The notes under the pieces: model-generated
What the model was told of the DNA's origin: nothing
Databases searched by the model: none
Seen by the model: the letters and a program-made list of their open reading frames with translations, nothing else
Assembly (NCBI GenBank): GCA_053919585.1
Contig: CM132803.1
Direction: 5' to 3' (one strand)
DNA length: 64,000 nt
From: Euprymna scolopes
Taxonomy: Eukaryota
Shown here: positions 59,293-64,000 of the stretch, piece by piece
How the letters are laid out: every line of letters starts with the position of its first letter
Position numbering within the stretch: position 1 is the stretch's first letter
Program-made: the position numbers and the translations under genes

Positions 59293-60102
59293 ACCCTTTT
59301 TTATAATAGGAATGTTGGGTTTGTTTTACAATAGATTTTCAAACGTTTATTCAGTTTGAAAAACAAGTAGTGTCGAGCGTTATGCGAGAATAAACAAAAA
59401 TGGTCGACACAATAGGGTCATATCTTGCAAGTCTTGATAATGACTTAAGAATAAAAAGTAAAACAAATTACTTGTAGAAATCCACCTAATAAAAGTTACT
59501 TACAGTGCTTAAATAATAACATTATTATTTAGAAAGCCATTCTTAACATGAAGAGGAAGGTTCTTTGTTAACTATTCTGTACTTTCACCTAGCAACGTCA
59601 TCATTTTGTGACTACGTGCAATTGTGTGTATTTTTTTTTTTTTGTTTTTTTTTTGTTTTTTGTTGATTTGTTTTCCCATGAGGGCAGAGTCAAACATAGG
59701 TCGATTTTTAATGTGGGGGGAAACCAGCTCCCCAAAAAGGGGCATTCTGGTTAGTAACAAAAAACGAAGGCCAAGAACACTTGGAAAGCCTTAGTTGCTT
59801 TAATTGAATCAGGGAAGCTGCATTTTTTTTTTCTTTTTTTTGCTATAGTTTATGTTAATTTTATTAATTAGAGACCTCCATACATTTTTTGAAAACTAGA
59901 CACTAAAATCAAGTTGACCCCCCTCCCCTAGAAATAAACATCTTTTAACAGCCATTTTTTATATTATATGAAAATATTTTTTTTTTTTAATTGAAAAACC
60001 ATACTTAAAAATCTATGTTTAAAACTTCATATCATGGAATATTGGACTTTTATTCTATTTAAATCTTTTAAAACTTTATTATTTTTTTTTAGAATTCTAT
60101 TT

Positions 60103-60139
<37 letters not shown>

Positions 60140-60160
60140 AATTAAACTAATTAGAATATA

Positions 60161-61803
60161 CTAGTTGTACCCGCCCAGCCACACGTTGCCCTGGTTGCGT
60201 CTGGTTGACGCGCAAGTATTAGATTGATTTGTATCACACAGACACATGCACACACGTGCACGCACACACTTGTGTGCACACACACATGCACACACATGCA
60301 AAGACATACACACAAAAGAAACACATGCACACAAAAAACACAGAACACATACACACACACAGACATGCACACACACACAAACACACTCGCATGAACACAC
60401 ATACACACACGACCAAAGATACACACTCGCACACACAAAAAAACACAGAACACACACACACACTCACAGAGAAACGCACATGCACAAACATATGTACACA
60501 CACATGCACACACTTTGCAAATAGTCAGGAACAGTCATTTTAAAGGCTTCAAAATCAAACATAAGTAGATTTTTAAGTATATGAACTGTCAATTTCTGGT
60601 TATGATTAAATGTTAGATCAAGCAATATAGATCACTGTATAAGTTCTCAGCAAAATCTGGGTCTCGGCTATATTATTCGCTTAATCCATTTTATCTTTTT
60701 ATTTATTTAGCGTAAAAAGAAAGAATGTCAGTCAAATAGTCAGAAATAGACAGTTTAAAGGCTTCCAAAGCATACATAAGGAGATTTTTGAAGTAATAAA
60801 CTGTCAGTTTTTGGTTCGTCCAAATCCTGGTGCTGGTTATATTAATCGATTATTGAGTTTTATTTTTTTTTATTTAGCGTAACTAAATAAAGAATGTTAG
60901 TAAATCATACAAAAAAAAATAAATATGAGAGCCAAGCAATATAGGTCATTGCGTAAGTTTTTGGCAAAATCCATGTCTCGGCTATATTATTCGCTTTATC
61001 CGTTGTATTTTTTTTTTTTTTTTCTTTTATTAAGCGCAAAAAAAATGAATTTTTGTCAAATATTCAGGAATAGACAGTTTAAAGGCTTCCAAAACATACA
61101 TAAGGAGATTTTTGCAGTAAATAAACTATCAGTTCCTGGTTTGTTAAAATGCAGGGTCTTGACTATATTAATTGCTTAATCCGTTTTATTTTTTTATTTC
61201 GCATAATTAAAGAAAGAATTTTAGTAAGTTAAGAAAAACTAAATGCTAGTCAAGCAATATAGGTCACTGTGTCAGTTTTCTTCAAAATCCGGGTCTCAGT
61301 TATACTATTCGCTTAATCCGTTGTATTTTTAAAAAAAATTTTTTAGCATAAAAAAAGAAAAATTTTAGTCAAATAGTTAGTTATAAACAGTTTAAAGGCT
61401 TCCAAGGAGATTTTTAAAGTAATTAAACTGTCAGTTTCTGATTCGTCAAAATGCCGGGTCTCGGCTATAATAATCGCTTAATCCATTTTTTTTTTTATTT
61501 CGTGTAACTAAAGAATAATAGCAAATCATAATTTAAAAAAAAGAAGAAAGATTTATGTAACTTATTAAAAAAAGATGAAATAAATGATTATCAGCATGTG
61601 ACGATGCGTCGGAAAACAGTATTTAATAAGTGACGCCATATGTGAAAAATTCTGAAGCGTTCATTTTTGCAATAAGATTTAGATTCTGCAATGAACGAAT
61701 TGTCAGCTGTCAGCCAATGAGATTTGGTGGAATGTGAGATAAGAGAATTTATTATTTTTGAATTTAGAAATGGAAAGATCATGGTGTGTGTATGAGTATA
61801 GGA
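60161..61803 (-). mobile_element. Helitron-type element with internal ~320-bp tandem repeats and a (CA)-rich tract
   Basis: a|CTAG plus GC-rich hairpin at 60161-60200; three repeats containing tttaaaggcttc and gggtctcggctatattattcgcttaatcc; gtatagga end. Confidence 0.6.
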
Positions 61804-64000
61804 TCTAGTTAATAAGGGTGCAACTCCAGATCCGTCAAAAGTGATGCGTGGGACTTATTAATTAGAGGGAAAAATACGAACTATTTCCTCTAAAGATGGT
61901 TGCAATTGTGATGACGTTGGTCCTAGGATGTAATGTAGAATTTTAATATAATGACTAAATGTATCTAAAATGGTGTTCTAAAGTTACATAAGATAGTGAC
62001 TAATAGTTTAGACATAATAAATTTGTATGTGGCATTTGTTATTGTAAACATACGGTACTTCTTCTGCTCGGTTAATGTCGGCACGTTACTTACGAAAAAA
62101 ACAGTTAATTAAACTGCAGGAGCATTTGTTAAAAAATTTACAAGTTCTTACGGAAAAACGGAGAAGCACCTGTTAAAAAATTTACAAGTTATATAATTAA
62201 ATATTTCCCTCCAAAAAAAGAACGGAAAACATAAAACTGTCGTTGTAAATCGTGCGTGAAAACTTAATCGTTTAGATCAATTAAAAAGCATTAAATCTAT
62301 GAAACGACACAAAACATGAACCAATTTTTTTTTATTAAAAACTTTCTTATTTCAAAGGTCCGCTAAAGATTCCTCCACGATGTGACAAGTCACTTTACTA
62401 CGCACAAACACATCATGCAAGAAAAGCGTTAATGAAAGCGATGAAATGGTGCAAAATAGTCCCAGGGTCCAGGTGTTAATACATGCAAACGGTAAATTTA
62501 CAACCGGTTTAAATGCCAGATTCATTTTCAGCGGCCTCGATAACCCTTAAAAAAACAAACTAGAATGGTCGGCGTTGTGTTACAGTTAAAATAAACATTT
62601 ACCGGTCGTTGTAAATTTTTACCCGTTGCCAAAATGTCCATTTGCCATATCATCCGTTGCCCAAATGTCTGCTTACTGGTTTTGTTTTGGTTTTATTTTT
62701 GTATGTTTATGTCATCTCAGTCTGTCAACCACATTGTTTTGTTTACATTTTGTCGTTAATCTAACAATCACGCTTTTACTACAATTTAGACTAAAAGCAA
62801 TTATTCTCAAAACGTTGTTTAAAGACACAGTAGGTGTGTCAGAATGTTTTGGGAATTTTGGACACTCTTAACACAAAACTGCAAATAAAATATACAAAAC
62901 TTAATTTCTTTTTTTAAAGTGGGTTGTTTAATTTCTTTATGGAATATACTTCCGAAATAAACTATTAAAGTTTTTTAAAAAAATAATAGAAATATTATTT
63001 TTTATTTAAAAAAAAAAAGTGTTTACAAAGTCCATGCACGTGCTCATGCAGCCATTTTTTCTACGTAATGAAATGAATTGAATTTTACGAGTGAAATTTT
63101 TTTCAATTTTTCAATTTAAAAATCTATAAAAAATTTTCTATTGGTTCAATTTTTAAAATATTTTCAGGTTCAATGTGAAATTTTATGCTCTTTCCAATAA
63201 ACCAAATATAATATTTTAGACGAACGTTTTTTTTTTTAATTTACCCCCCCCCCCAATTTGAAATATCTATTAAAAAGAAAATAATTAATTTTCTCACCTA
63301 AAGTTTATATATCACAAATTGAAGATAAAAGATCAATAAATAAAATAATCTAATTTAAAACAAAAACAAAAGAATAGTTATGTGCAAATTTACCTGTAAA
63401 GTCAAAAGTTTAAAACCTTTTTTTAAAAAAAACACATTGATTTTTTTTTAAGTGAAACCTCACATTTTGAAAATATTGTCCTATAAAAATTGGACACCTA
63501 CATGAATTTTTTCTATTTCATTCAATGTTGATTTTTTTTAGATTTTTGAAAAAAAAATTCATTGTATAAAGAAGAAATAAAATATTTAAAATCAAAAACT
63601 CATGTAATTCTTTAAGAGAATAAAAAAAAAAAAATGGAAAATTTTTCGACAGGTTTTTTTTCTAACGTAAACTTTGATGAGTGAAATGTAATAATTTTTC
63701 AAATATGGTGACCCATAATTGACTAATTTGATTGTTGACAGCAAGCACATGTCAGAAATTCAAAGGAGTGGTAAGACACATATCAGCACTTCAAATGTTT
63801 GTTTCTTTATATAGTTACTACCGGGAAATATATTTGGTCTAATGTGTTGTTTTTACGTTTTTGAAATAATTATGGTGGTTTTCGGCCTCCATATTTCTCA
63901 ACTGGAAGAAAGAGACACAACTCCGTTTGTGAACCTCTCATATATGACAATTTAAAATTGTGATATTTTTGAATCCTTACTTAAAAAATTCTTTTATTTA

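Larger units (their letters stand above)
50950..59450. promoter_or_regulatory. CpG-retaining, LINE-poor region; candidate promoter/5' exons
   Basis: Visibly more CG dinucleotides than 1-50 kb. Palindromic CRE gTGACGTCAc at 52893-52902, YY1-like caagatggcagc (-) at ~56794-56805, minus-strand donor-like sites at 56828, 53418 and 51690. Confidence 0.45.

Overview
AT-rich, repeat-dense, gapped eukaryotic DNA. It is inferred to be a mollusc, probably a coleoid cephalopod, from the repeat landscape, TTAGGG repeats and invertebrate-type U2 sequence; this is not proven. The only clear host gene is a minus-strand, single-coding-exon 12-finger C2H2 zinc-finger gene (ATG 13971, stop 11746). It has a splice acceptor at 14187, and its promoter probably lies in the CpG-rich zone at about 51-59 kb. 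The rest is transposon debris: CR1/L2-group, RTE and Tx1-like LINEs, Penelope fragments, mariner and maT remnants, non-autonomous Helitrons, hAT/Merlin-like MITEs, two Gypsy-type solo LTRs and 5S-derived SINE heads. Three things stand out. (1) About a dozen minimal hammerhead-ribozyme (HHR) motifs occur, including ~345-bp tandem retrozyme-like units with tRNA-like Pol III boxes. They land repeatedly in (TA)n microsatellites next to a Penelope GIY-YIG remnant, and one unit starts exactly at the predicted self-cleavage site. (2) U2 snRNA 5' fragments all stop near ...GTATCTGTTCT and are followed by a reverse-complement arm that folds back over the U2 branch-point recognition sequence. (3) A tRNA-headed, HHR-tailed SINE carries an inverted partial copy at its 5' end at four loci. 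All calls were read by eye, without alignment tools, and edge coordinates of old repeats are approximate.
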